A stretch of DNA of 64,000 bases from Saprospiraceae bacterium. GTDB lineage: Bacteria > Bacteroidota > Bacteroidia > Chitinophagales > Saprospiraceae. Positions 39,227-46,971 of the stretch are shown one piece after another. The position numbers and the translations under genes are program-made. Within the stretch, counting starts at the first letter, position 1. Every line of letters starts with the position of its first letter. The DNA is taken from the NCBI GenBank assembly GCA_965263225.1, contig CBDHHG010000051.1, positions 89,845 through 153,844 of the forward strand, read 5' to 3'. The notes beneath the pieces were generated by a model. That model did no database searches. It saw only the letters and a list, made by a program, of their open reading frames with translations, and was not told the DNA's origin.

Positions 39227-39840
39227 ATTAAACTAACTACTTGTTTAACCACAGCAGATCTTTGTCTTTCTATTTCTCCAATTTCTCTGATTACCTTGGG
39301 GTCTTTGCCATAGGCTTGCATCAATTCTAATAATTCGGCTCTTGCTGTATTCAACTCCTCTAAATCCGCCTTTAGTCGCTGGAAATCTTCTGGGTCCTCT
39401 AGAGGAGAGTTCGCTGCAAGCTGCATCACCGACTCAATTTGTTCATCGTCCTGATCCCAATCTTCCGTCCATTGCACTTCGGGCACAATTTCTTGGGTGA
39501 TGGCTAATTCTATGGTAGCGGTATCTCTAGATTGCCACCAAAACCCTATTGCTAACAACAACAAGACGCTTGCTGCGGCCGCTATCCTCGGCAAGAAGCG
39601 GATGATCTTACCTTTTTCAGGAACGGCCACTTCTGGCGGCAACTCCTCCGCAATCTTGTCCCAAAGGAAAGCAGGAGCTTCATATTTAGGCAATTCCTGA
39701 ATCTTTGACCGCCATTGCAGATCTTGTTGATTCTCCTCCAATCCATCAGCGATCTGATCCCAAAGAGCAGTTGGAGGTTGGTACTGTGGCAAGTTCTGGA
39801 TGGCTCCTTCTAATGTATGCTTATTCTTATCCATGTTCAC
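39223..39840 (-). CDS. Putative single-pass anti-sigma factor
   Basis: Sits immediately downstream of the ECF sigma gene. Central TM 'IAAAASVLLLLAIGFWW'. The duplicated N-terminal motif is unusual, and there is no zinc-binding HxxxCxxC. Confidence 0.5.
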   Translation of the reverse strand: MNMDKNKHTLEGAIQNLPQYQPPTALWDQIADGLEENQQDLQWRSKIQELPKYEAPAFLWDKIAEELPPEVAVPEKGKIIRFLPRIAAAASVLLLLAIGFWWQSRDTATIELAITQEIVPEVQWTEDWDQDDEQIESVMQLAANSPLEDPEDFQRLKADLEELNTARAELLELMQAYGKDPKVIREIGEIERQRSAVVKQVVSLI

Positions 39841-39843
39841 TGC

Positions 39844-40380
39844 TTAAACATCTAGCAATTCGGTAATGACTTTTCTTAGACGCTTTTTCGCGTAAAAAAG
39901 TTGAGACTTGGAAGTGCCGACCGAAATATTTAATTGTTCGGCTACCTCCTTGTGAGAATACCCTTCCACTTCAATTAAGACAAAAACGGCTCGGTAACCT
40001 TCTGGCAAAGATTGAATGGCTTTTTCCAGATATTCTACATCCAGATGATTACCCCAATCTACCCAATCGCTGGTATGGTGATTTTCTATAGGTTCGAACT
40101 TCGGATTTCGCTTAATCTTGCTTAGGGCTGTGCGGATAATGATAGTTTTGATCCAAGCCCCTAGGGAAGATTCTTTTCGGAAATTCGGTAAAGCACGAAA
40201 AACTTTCAGAAAGCCTTCTTGTAATACATCGTTAGCTAAATCGAAATCATTGGTTACGCGGTAAGCAAGTGTATACATGGCAGCGCTGTATCGGTCATAC
40301 AGTTCTTTCTGGGCTAAACGATTATTGTCCAGACAGCCCTGAATTAGCTCTGCTTCTGTCATTCGAATGGTTAAAGGCAT
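39844..40380 (-). CDS. ECF-type RNA polymerase sigma-70 factor
   Basis: Region 2 'ELYDRYSAAMYTLAYRVTNDFDLANDVLQEGFLKVF' and region 4 'GYSHKEVAEQLNISVGTSKSQLFYAKKRL'. Confidence 0.9.
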   Translation of the reverse strand: MPLTIRMTEAELIQGCLDNNRLAQKELYDRYSAAMYTLAYRVTNDFDLANDVLQEGFLKVFRALPNFRKESSLGAWIKTIIIRTALSKIKRNPKFEPIENHHTSDWVDWGNHLDVEYLEKAIQSLPEGYRAVFVLIEVEGYSHKEVAEQLNISVGTSKSQLFYAKKRLRKVITELLDV

Positions 40381-40481
40381 TGCTCTGCCAGTGTTTTAAA
40401 ATAAGGAGCACCCACAAAGCAAAAGCGTTGTATGGAGGAGCAAAAATAGTCCTTTTTTCAGGATTATTACAGGAAGGAATA

Positions 40482-40520
40482 ACTTCCTCAGCTATGGAAT
40501 GATAGCAGAACTGAGGAAGT
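40482..40520 (-). terminator. Hairpin downstream of the small OMP gene
   Basis: 10-bp arms ACTTCCTCAG / CTGAGGAAGT with a 19-nt loop. The T-tract is weak. Confidence 0.45.
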
Positions 40521-40532
40521 CAGTGGTAGGTC

Positions 40533-41153
40533 TTAGAACAAGTACCCGACGGATACTAAGAATCTAGCTGGAGATTGATCAAATTCATATGCTGTTCCAA
40601 AGAATTCAAAGTGGTCACCATAATTGTTGAAATTGCCTTCATAGCGCATGTCAATCATTAATTTTCCGATATCTATGCCAAAACCAGCTTGCCAGCCCCA
40701 GGTAAAATTGTTGAACTTCTCCTTGTATCCCTGGATATTTGTTAGTTCTGAAGTATTATTGATCAGGACATGACCGACAGGACCGGCGTGCAGCCGCAAG
40801 AAGCCGCCCAGCTTGTAACCCAGCAGAATTGGTAGATCCAGATTTTGAAATTTCTCTTGGAATAACTCGTCGACAATTCCATTTCCCACATCCGAAACAG
40901 AGTAATCTACTTGACTAGAATTGAAAAGTACCTCGGGCTGAATCAGAAAGTTGCCAAGATTAATTTGCAATACAATCCCTCCATTTACACCATAGCTGGC
41001 ATCCTTAAGTGCAACATCTAATTGATTGAGGTTGGGAAGTTCTTCTTCGTTGAGACTTGTGGTCGAAACACCTAAACGAACCCCAAGCTTGACCTGGGCC
41101 TGCAGGGCTATTACAACCGTTAAACAGAAGAGGATTAAGATTGATTTTTTCAT
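40533..41153 (-). CDS. Small outer-membrane beta-barrel protein (porin-family / OMP_b-brl_2-like)
   Basis: Signal peptide 'MKKSILILFCLTVVIALQAQ', alternating strands, C-terminal '...VSVGYLF'. Confidence 0.75.
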   Translation of the reverse strand: MKKSILILFCLTVVIALQAQVKLGVRLGVSTTSLNEEELPNLNQLDVALKDASYGVNGGIVLQINLGNFLIQPEVLFNSSQVDYSVSDVGNGIVDELFQEKFQNLDLPILLGYKLGGFLRLHAGPVGHVLINNTSELTNIQGYKEKFNNFTWGWQAGFGIDIGKLMIDMRYEGNFNNYGDHFEFFGTAYEFDQSPARFLVSVGYLF

Positions 41154-41260
41154 TGGTTTGAAGTTTTTTGAAGTAAACGAATTAATTTGAGTTTGCGATA
41201 TCTTTCCATCGTATTTATACGGATTCTAAGCAGTTCCAGGCCGATTTTTACAGAATTATT

Positions 41261-41268
41261 TATGTTTG
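41261..41268 (+). promoter_or_regulatory. -7 box (TATGTTTG) upstream of engB
   Basis: Exact TAnnTTTG 18 nt before the ATG at 41287. It overlaps the 14-bp palindrome GTTTGTGCACAAAC. Confidence 0.5.
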
Positions 41269-41286
41269 TGCACAAACCAGGAAAAT

Positions 41287-41883
41287 ATGGTGATCAAGAC
41301 TGCAGATTTTGTAGGGAGTTTTCCGAACCTAAAATCCTCGCCAAGCGATCAATTGGCGCAGTTTGCCTTCATTGGGAGGTCCAATGTAGGTAAATCTTCG
41401 TTAATCAACACCTTGTGTGAACGTAGAGCCTTGGCAAGGGTGTCCAATACACCAGGCAAGACACAACATCTCAATTTCTATAAGATAAACAATAATTGGT
41501 ATCTAGTTGACCTGCCTGGATACGGTTATGCCCGAACCTCCAAGAAGAATCGGCGTGGATTCAGCAAAATGATCGAGCAGTATCTGCGGGATGGCGAAAA
41601 CCTAAAATGCGCATTTGTGCTTCTGGATGCCAATATTCCACCGCAGGCAATCGATATAGAATTTATCAACTGGTTAGGTGAAAAAGCAGTACCTTTCGTA
41701 ATCGTGTATACGAAAACAGATCGACTGTCCTACGAGCAGTTGAAGACTAATGTGGAGCAGATTCAGTTGGAGTTGCTAAAATACTGGAATAGCTTACCAG
41801 AACAATTCGTAAGCTCTTCGCGGAAAAAAGTGGGACGGGATGATATTTTGGGCTTTATAGATGATGTGATCGCAAATTCATGA
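41287..41883 (+). CDS. engB: Ribosome biogenesis GTPase YsxC/EngB
   Basis: 'FIGRSNVGKSSLIN' G1, 'VDLPGYGYA' G3, 'TKTD' G4. Confidence 0.93.
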   Translation: MVIKTADFVGSFPNLKSSPSDQLAQFAFIGRSNVGKSSLINTLCERRALARVSNTPGKTQHLNFYKINNNWYLVDLPGYGYARTSKKNRRGFSKMIEQYLRDGENLKCAFVLLDANIPPQAIDIEFINWLGEKAVPFVIVYTKTDRLSYEQLKTNVEQIQLELLKYWNSLPEQFVSSSRKKVGRDDILGFIDDVIANS

Positions 41884-43601
41884 AAAGAAAACGAAAAGAA
41901 CCCTACTCACCGTACGCCCCGGTCTTTCCAAATATTGAAGACTGGCCCATCTACAAATTGAGTCAAGATAGGCGGCAATTTGTGCAAGATATATCGGAGT
42001 TCACCTACGAAAAACTGGTGGATCGACATGGCCCCAGAATCGCGGATTTGATTACCCGGACCATCTATCTGGAAAGAATCAGAATGAAGGAAGAGCCTTG
42101 GAAGGTGGATCCCCCAAAGGAAAGACAGTTTTGGAAAAAGACCCAGAAGCGCCTGATCAAAAGATCTTTGGATAAGGCGGAGGCCGAGGCTGATCAGGTG
42201 AATCAAGAATTGCTAGGTCGTATCATTTCCCGTTATGCGGAAGAGATTGTAGGGACTTTTAAGAAGAAGACATTCCTTTTTGCTCGCCGCTTCTTGTACG
42301 TTTTCTTTACTCGCCTCCTTAATACAGCCGCGGGCCGGAACTTAAGGCGAATCTATTCTCGCAAGCATCGTTTGAGTGATCGACTGATCGTGGAAGGAGA
42401 GGTAGAGGCTATCCGTAGCTTGATGAAGAAAGGGACGGTAGTAGTAGTACCTACCCACTTCAGTAACCTAGATTCCATTCTAATTGGTTATGCACTAGAT
42501 GAATATGTCGGCCTTCCTTCTTTTTCCTATGGGGCGGGCTTAAATCTGTACAATACAGGTTATACGGCCTACTTCATGAATCGCCTAGGTGCCTATCGTG
42601 TGGATCGTAGAAAAAAGAATCCTATTTACCTGGAAACTTTGAAGGCGATGTCTAACCTGTCTATCCAACGTGGGGTGAATAGCCTTTTCTTCCCTGGTGG
42701 AACTCGATCCCGGTCGGGGGAGCTGGAAAGTAGAGTAAAGCTTGGACTATTGGGGACAGTGGTGGAAGCTCAGCGGGCAGTTTTGCAGAAAGGGGAGGAC
42801 AAGAAGGTCTTTGTTGTTCCCTTGGTTCTGGGATACCATTTCGTCTTAGAAGCTCAATTCCTAATTGAACAACATCTACGTAAGATTGGGAAGGAGCACT
42901 ACATACGCGCCAAGGATAAATTCAATAGCATACGCAGTATTTTCAAGTTTGTTTGGCAGCTATTCTCTACGGGTAACAATATCACAATATCCGTGGGAAA
43001 ACCGATGGACGTAATGGGGAACCTAGTGGATGAGGAAGGGAATAGTTATGATCAGTACGGGAATGCGATCCAATTGAAGGATTATTTTATAACGAATGGC
43101 CAATTGCGTGCTGATGAACAAAGGGAAGCCGAATACACCAAGCTGCTCGGTGAAAAGATTGTAGAGCGATTTCACAAGGATAATATTGTGCTGAGCAGTC
43201 ACTTAGTAGCCTATGCTGCCTTCCAATGGTTGCGCCAAGAAAATACCCACCTTGATCTTTACGGTATTTTGCGACTGCCCCCCGATGAATTTGTCTTCGA
43301 TCCAGAGGTTTTAAAATACGGGCTACAGCAATTAATCGAGCGACTAAGGGAAATGGAACAACAAGAGGAGATTAAGTTGTCGGATATCATCAAAGGAGAT
43401 TTGGATGAACTGCTTAATGATGGGGTGAAGAGATTGGGGAGTTTCCACGTGCAAAAGCCTTTACGGCGGAATAAGCGAGGTGAAATTGTGAGTGACAGCT
43501 TCAAAATTTTGTATTTCTATCATAATCGGATGGCTACTTACAACTTAGCCAAATCCATAGTCTGGGAAAAAGTAGAAGAGCGAACTGTCGTCGAAGTATA
43601 A
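41880..43601 (+). CDS. Large glycerolipid acyltransferase (PlsB/PlsC superfamily)
   Basis: HX4D 'PTHFSNLDS' and 'FFPGGTRSRSG' motif III. ATGA overlap with the engB stop. Confidence 0.8.
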   Translation: MKRKRKEPYSPYAPVFPNIEDWPIYKLSQDRRQFVQDISEFTYEKLVDRHGPRIADLITRTIYLERIRMKEEPWKVDPPKERQFWKKTQKRLIKRSLDKAEAEADQVNQELLGRIISRYAEEIVGTFKKKTFLFARRFLYVFFTRLLNTAAGRNLRRIYSRKHRLSDRLIVEGEVEAIRSLMKKGTVVVVPTHFSNLDSILIGYALDEYVGLPSFSYGAGLNLYNTGYTAYFMNRLGAYRVDRRKKNPIYLETLKAMSNLSIQRGVNSLFFPGGTRSRSGELESRVKLGLLGTVVEAQRAVLQKGEDKKVFVVPLVLGYHFVLEAQFLIEQHLRKIGKEHYIRAKDKFNSIRSIFKFVWQLFSTGNNITISVGKPMDVMGNLVDEEGNSYDQYGNAIQLKDYFITNGQLRADEQREAEYTKLLGEKIVERFHKDNIVLSSHLVAYAAFQWLRQENTHLDLYGILRLPPDEFVFDPEVLKYGLQQLIERLREMEQQEEIKLSDIIKGDLDELLNDGVKRLGSFHVQKPLRRNKRGEIVSDSFKILYFYHNRMATYNLAKSIVWEKVEERTVVEV

Positions 43602-43727
43602 CGCCTTTCGTCGGAATACCTGGAAGGATTACAATAAGTATTAATATCTTACGGACATCATCGACAACGACTTATTTTATCCATACTGCTGTTGGAATTA
43701 TCAACTGTAGTTGCACCTCGATTTTGT

Positions 43728-44519
43728 ATGCTTAAGCGCTTATTTCTTTCGGAGCGGAATATTATGATTGCCATTTTGATCAATGCAATCATCATATTCA
43801 TTATGTACTTCCCTGCTTGGAAACATCATCCTTGGCTGGAAACCGCCGACCACCTGCTTGTACTTTTCTTCCTAGTGGAAGCTTTTGTGAAAATGAGAGC
43901 CTTAGGCACTAAAGCTTATTTCGCTAGTGCCTGGAATCGTTTCGACTTTATCATAGTGATGGGGAGTTTACCTACCTTATTTGTTTTCTTTTTCCCGGTT
44001 TTACCCGACACTTCATTGTTGATTGTTTTACGATTGTTCCGACTGATTCGCCTGATCAGATTTATCCAATTTGTCCCGCATTTAAATCAAGTAATGACGG
44101 GCTTGACGAGGGCTTTACAAGCATCTATCTTTGTAGTCCTAGCACTCGTATTTCTCAATTTTCTTTTAGCTATTTTTACCTGCCACTTTTATGCAGATTT
44201 AGCCCCCGAGTTTTTCGGAAACCCACTGGTCTCAGCCTATTCCATTTTTCAATTGTTTACTTTGGAAGGTTGGAATGAAATTGTAGCCATTATAACTGCT
44301 CGAACGGAAAATCATTTTATCATTGGTATCACCCGATTCTACTTTGTTGTTGTTATATTGTTGGGAGGGATTTTTGGACTCTCTCTTGCGAATGCTGTGT
44401 TCGTGGATGAAATGACGATGGACAATAACCAGGACCTGGAACAGAAGATTGACGGATTACAGCAGGAGATTACGGAATTAAGACGTCTTATAGAAAGATC
44501 AGTATCATCAGATAAGTAG
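43728..44519 (+). CDS. Single-domain voltage-gated cation channel (BacNav/NaChBac-like), 6TM with a C-terminal coiled coil
   Basis: S4 'LRLFRLIRLIRFIQF' has 4 Arg at every third position. Pore 'FQLFTLEGWNEI'. C-terminal heptad segment 'DLEQKIDGLQQEITELRRLIE'. Confidence 0.85.
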   Translation: MLKRLFLSERNIMIAILINAIIIFIMYFPAWKHHPWLETADHLLVLFFLVEAFVKMRALGTKAYFASAWNRFDFIIVMGSLPTLFVFFFPVLPDTSLLIVLRLFRLIRLIRFIQFVPHLNQVMTGLTRALQASIFVVLALVFLNFLLAIFTCHFYADLAPEFFGNPLVSAYSIFQLFTLEGWNEIVAIITARTENHFIIGITRFYFVVVILLGGIFGLSLANAVFVDEMTMDNNQDLEQKIDGLQQEITELRRLIERSVSSDK

Positions 44520-44521
44520 CG

Positions 44522-45064
44522 ATGAACTTCATAGTTTACGATTTGGAAGCGACCTGCTGGGATGGGAATCCTCGCACGCAGGTCCAAGAGATAATTGAAA
44601 TTGGCGCCTACAAATTAGATCCCTATGGCGAAGTAATGGACACCTTCAGCAGATTGGTGCGTCCAGTCTTACATCCTTACCTATCTCACTATTGTCGAGA
44701 ACTGACGGGGATAGAACAGGATGAAATCAATCGAGCTTCCCGATTTGATAAGGTGGTGGAAGACTTTAAAGACTGGATCGATGTCTATGATGAGGATTAT
44801 CTCCTATGTGCCTGGGGCAGTTTTGACCAGGAATTGTTAATCCAGGATTGTAAGTTGCATAAGATGGAATTCGATTGGACAGAGCCACACATAAACATTA
44901 AGCAACAATATCACGAATTGAAGCGCTTGCATCGGCGTAGAGGCCTGAGGCGCGCCGTGGAAGCCGAAGGCTTTGAATTCTCTGGCGAACAACACCGCGC
45001 CCTAGATGATGCTGAGAATTTAGTCAAAGTTTTTAATGAGTACCGCGATGAATGGCGCTTTTAG
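44522..45064 (+). CDS. DEDDh-family 3'-5' exonuclease (ERI-1/KapD-like)
   Basis: 'IVYDLEATCW' Exo I, 'AWGSFDQ' Exo II-like, 'HRALDDAENL' Exo III (H-x4-D). Confidence 0.85.
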   Translation: MNFIVYDLEATCWDGNPRTQVQEIIEIGAYKLDPYGEVMDTFSRLVRPVLHPYLSHYCRELTGIEQDEINRASRFDKVVEDFKDWIDVYDEDYLLCAWGSFDQELLIQDCKLHKMEFDWTEPHINIKQQYHELKRLHRRRGLRRAVEAEGFEFSGEQHRALDDAENLVKVFNEYRDEWRF

Positions 45065-45074
45065 CTTGGTGCAT

Positions 45075-46172
45075 CTAGACATTAAAGCGGAAATGCATTA
45101 CATCTCCGTCTTTTACGACATATTCTTTACCTTCAACGCCTAGTTTTCCCGCATCTTTTACGGCACTTTCGGAGCCATATTCCACGTAGGTGTCGTATTG
45201 AATCACTTCGGCTCTAATAAAGCCTTTTTCAAAGTCAGTATGGATAACACCAGCAGCTTGAGGCGCCTTGGTTCCTTCCTTGATGGTCCAAGCCCGAACC
45301 TCCTTCTCCCCAGCCGTGAAATAGGTGATGAGTTTCAAGAGTTTATAACAGGAACGAATAAGGCGATTGACACCAGGTTCGCTTAAGCCCATGTCTTGCA
45401 AAAACTCCATTCTTTCTTCGATGTCATCCAATTCAATGATATCTGCCTCAATTCCAGCGCTGATCAGGATGACTTCTGCATGTTCATTGGCTACCGCTTC
45501 CTGGAAGGCTGTAGTGTACGCATTGCCATCATGGACGGCCTCTTCCGCCACATTACAGACGTAGAGTATGGGCTTGGCGGTAAGCAGCATCATGTCATGA
45601 ATCAAGCCTGCTTCATCCTCTCCATGTTCAAAGCTGCGAACATTGTTACCTGCTTCCATGTGCTCTTTCAGGCGTTCAGCTGTAGCTACTGCTTTGACTG
45701 CTTCCTTTTCGCCAGATTTGGCGGCTTTCTTGAGTTTCTCCAACCTTTTTTCCAAGGTCTCCAGGTCCTTCAATAAGAGCTCAGTATCAATGATCTCCTT
45801 ATCTCGGACTGGATCCACACTACCATCAACGTGAATTACATTGTCATCATCAAAACATCGCACGACGTGTACAATAGCATCAACTTCTCGAATATTGGCC
45901 AGGAATTGATTACCTAAGCCTTCTCCTTGACTAGCTCCTTTTATTAGCCCGGCAATGTCCACGATTTCAATCATCGTCGGGAGTATCTTTTGCGGATCGA
46001 CTAATTCCGCCAACTTATCCAGCCGACGATCAGGCACGGTAATCATGCCTACATTTGGATCCTTGGTAGCAAAAGGATAGTTGGCAGCCAAAGCCTTGGC
46101 CGAAGTTAGCGCATTGAAAAGGGTTGATTTCCCTACGTTGGGCAATCCAACGATTCCACACTTGAGTCCCAT
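45075..46172 (-). CDS. ychF: Redox-regulated ribosome-binding ATPase YchF
   Basis: 'GIVGLPNVGKSTLFNALT', 'VDIAGL(I)KGAS.GEGLGN.FL', C-terminal 'GKEY.V.DGD...FRFN'. Confidence 0.97.
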   Translation of the reverse strand: MGLKCGIVGLPNVGKSTLFNALTSAKALAANYPFATKDPNVGMITVPDRRLDKLAELVDPQKILPTMIEIVDIAGLIKGASQGEGLGNQFLANIREVDAIVHVVRCFDDDNVIHVDGSVDPVRDKEIIDTELLLKDLETLEKRLEKLKKAAKSGEKEAVKAVATAERLKEHMEAGNNVRSFEHGEDEAGLIHDMMLLTAKPILYVCNVAEEAVHDGNAYTTAFQEAVANEHAEVILISAGIEADIIELDDIEERMEFLQDMGLSEPGVNRLIRSCYKLLKLITYFTAGEKEVRAWTIKEGTKAPQAAGVIHTDFEKGFIRAEVIQYDTYVEYGSESAVKDAGKLGVEGKEYVVKDGDVMHFRFNV

Positions 46173-46346
46173 ATCGGTAATATAATTGGACCTGTATTGT
46201 ACAGGCGCGATGAATACGATTTTTCAGAAACGCCGCAAAGATAGAATTTTTTCAGATTGGAAGAACAGTTCACCAGACAGTTATCTAAAAGAGTGGGTGC
46301 ATTATCCAAGCAAGGCATTTTGGGTAGGAAATTGGGGAGCATTCAT

Positions 46347-46354
46347 TACCTTTA
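46347..46354 (+). promoter_or_regulatory. Near-consensus -7 box (TACCTTTA) 4 nt before the acpH ATG
   Basis: One mismatch to TAnnTTTG. The spacing to the ATG is the same as at guaA. Confidence 0.35.
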
Positions 46355-46358
46355 GCAC

Positions 46359-46958
46359 ATGAATTTCCTGGCACATCTATTTTTATCCTGTGAGCAAGAG
46401 GAGTTACTAGTAGGGAACTTCCTGGCTGATCTGATCAAAAATAGAAATCTGGAGTCGTACTCAAAAGGGATACAGGAAGGCGTGCAATTGCATCGAAAGA
46501 TTGATCAATTCACTGACCAACATCCACAAGTCATCCAAGGGGTTCGACGATTGCATCCTTTCCATCACAAATATGCCTCGGTAATAGTCGACGTATTCTA
46601 TGATTACCTCTTGGTCAAGAATTGGGGGCTTTACACCAAAGAAGGTTTTATCCCCTTCACCAAACGGGTATATGGTATTTTGGAAGAATACAGGCCTATC
46701 ATGCCGCAGAAAATACAAATTCGCTTGTCCAATATGCTGGATGGTGACTGGCTTATTGGATACAGTGAATATGAAGGGCTTGCTTTCACTTTTGATCGAA
46801 TGCAGTACCGACTCAGTAAACCAGAATATTTAGAAGGAGTTATTGAAAATCTGCAGCGATTTGAGCATGAATTTGATGTAGAATTCCAATCTTTCTTCCC
46901 CGATGTAATAGCCTTTGTAAATGATGAATGTGGCTGCTCAGTCAGTCCTGCTAAATGA
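46359..46958 (+). CDS. acpH: Acyl carrier protein phosphodiesterase (AcpH family)
   Basis: The N-terminus 'MNFLAHLFLS' and about 199 aa length are typical of AcpH/DUF479. Confidence 0.75.
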   Translation: MNFLAHLFLSCEQEELLVGNFLADLIKNRNLESYSKGIQEGVQLHRKIDQFTDQHPQVIQGVRRLHPFHHKYASVIVDVFYDYLLVKNWGLYTKEGFIPFTKRVYGILEEYRPIMPQKIQIRLSNMLDGDWLIGYSEYEGLAFTFDRMQYRLSKPEYLEGVIENLQRFEHEFDVEFQSFFPDVIAFVNDECGCSVSPAK

Positions 46959-46971
46959 TAAACTCGTCTTT

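Noticed and set aside
45396-45776. 126-aa plus-strand ORF inside ychF
   Set aside because: It is antisense to a universally conserved gene. It is Phe/Cys-rich with non-protein-like composition.
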